From NCBI GenBank assembly GCA_902825845.1, contig CADECM010000017.1, forward strand, positions 3,077 through 67,076: a stretch of DNA of 64,000 nt, written 5' to 3'. The notes under the pieces were generated by a model. The model was not told where the DNA came from, ran no database searches, and saw only the letters and a program-made list of their open reading frames with translations. Positions 63,236 through 64,000 of this stretch are shown here, in pieces; within the stretch, counting starts at the first letter, position 1, and each line of letters opens with the position of its first letter. The translations under genes were made by a program, and so were the position numbers. The stretch is from an uncultured beta proteobacterium (GTDB taxonomy: Bacteria > Pseudomonadota > Gammaproteobacteria > Burkholderiales > SG8-41).

Positions 63236-63264
63236 TAAGTATCTGTTTTTAAACAACTTTTTAT
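63236..63264 (-). repeat. AT-rich motif copy S20
   Basis: TAAGTATCTGTTTTTAAACAACTTTTTAT, between the convergent TonB-like and mltA ends. The mltA stop codon lies inside it. Confidence 0.6.
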
Positions 63265-64000
63265 GGGTGGGCCGTTGGCGGCGCCATGCTGCCGGGCAAC
63301 AGTACCCACATCTGCAGCGCCTGCTGCATGCGCCCGGCTTCGCGCGCCGCCGATTCGCCCGCGCCCCAGAAAAAATCCGCGCGCACGGTACCGCGGATGG
63401 CGCCGCCGATATCCTGTGCCAACATCAGCCGTTGCAGCGGCTTGTCGGTATTCGGCCAGGTGGTGGCAATGTGTACCGGTACCCCCAGCGGCACGTAACG
63501 TGGATCGACGGCGATACTGCGCCGTGGCGTCAGCGGCACACCCAGCGCGCCGGGCGGCGCGTTGTCCGGCCCCGTCAATTCGCGAAAAAACACATAGCGC
63601 GGATTCTGGTTGAGCAGTTCGGTCAGCTTGTCCGGATTGGCCTGCGCCCACGCCTTGATTCCCGGCATCGACGCGCGATCCCGGCTCAGGTCGCCGCGTT
63701 CGATCAACACGCGGCCGATCGAACGGTACGGCAGGCCGTTGTGTCCGGCAAAGCCGATGCGCATGACGCCGCCTTCCTCGAGCGCGATGCGGCCGGAGCC
63801 CTGCACTTGCAGAAAGAACAGATCCAGTTGATTGTCCACCCACGCGATTTCCCTGCCGCGCAGCGGCGTGTCGCTGCCTTCGATGGTCGCGCGGGCATGG
63901 TACGGCACCACGCGCCTGCCATCGACGCGCACGCGCAAGGCGGACGAATTCACCTCCGGCACAACGTCGCCCAGATCCAGCGTGAGCAAATCGTCGGGCA
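63261..64000 (-). CDS. mltA: membrane-bound lytic murein transglycosylase A (5' end off window)
   Basis: LFFLQVQGSGRI, GHNGLPYRSIGR, SIAVDPRYVPLGVPV and DIGGAIRG...DFFWG (MltA plus 3D domain). The reading frame is open to the window end. Confidence 0.9.
   Translation of the reverse strand, partial: PDDLLTLDLGDVVPEVNSSALRVRVDGRRVVPYHARATIEGSDTPLRGREIAWVDNQLDLFFLQVQGSGRIALEEGGVMRIGFAGHNGLPYRSIGRVLIERGDLSRDRASMPGIKAWAQANPDKLTELLNQNPRYVFFRELTGPDNAPPGALGVPLTPRRSIAVDPRYVPLGVPVHIATTWPNTDKPLQRLMLAQDIGGAIRGTVRADFFWGAGESAAREAGRMQQALQMWVLLPGSMAPPTAHP

Noticed and set aside
1-64000. Known defence, toxin-antitoxin, secretion-system or prophage modules
   Set aside because: No nuclease, helicase, methylase, Cas, Abi, integrase, capsid or terminase-like motifs were recognised in any credible ORF.

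Overview
GC-rich (about 65% by eye) proteobacterial chromosome segment. The gene content and order suggest a betaproteobacterium (inference): ubiE/Tim44-like/ubiJ/ubiB, glyQS-gmhB-plsC, miaB-phoH-ybeY-corC-lnt and trimeric-type porins. I can support about 58 protein-coding genes, one tRNA-Met(CAT) and several intrinsic terminators. I found no rRNA, CRISPR, prophage, integrase or recognisable defence/TA module. Housekeeping blocks (1-16.5 kb and 40.4-64 kb) flank an accessory stretch (16.6-40.4 kb) packed with sugar- and protein-modifying enzymes. The window holds five TPR-fused enzymes: two GT41 O-GlcNAc-transferase-like (one wedged into the ubi cluster at 9.3-11.5 kb, outside the accessory stretch), two GT9-like and one 2OG-Fe(II)-oxygenase-like. 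The accessory stretch also holds a GT61, two GT8-like and two other putative glycosyltransferases, FkbM and class-I methyltransferases, a RAYT/REP unit, and three tandem porin paralogues that share one promoter/5'UTR/upstream architecture. The most unusual signals are: (i) a ~30-bp AT-rich motif (A-tract plus IHF-type WATCAANNNNTTR core) present at least 20 times, at gene boundaries, in inverted pairs upstream of each porin, and written in-frame into conserved coding sequence with rare AT-rich codons; (ii) long palindromes built from tandem octamers/heptamers (GTGAAGGG, GTGAGGC) in intercistronic gaps of ubi-associated operons; (iii) an in-frame glyQ-glyS fusion; (iv) micro-ORFs below the ORF-track cutoff (a 20-aa Lys/Ala peptide, an LptM-like lipoprotein); (v) two MITE-like inverted-repeat elements. 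All functional calls rest on motif recognition by eye; no database search was possible.
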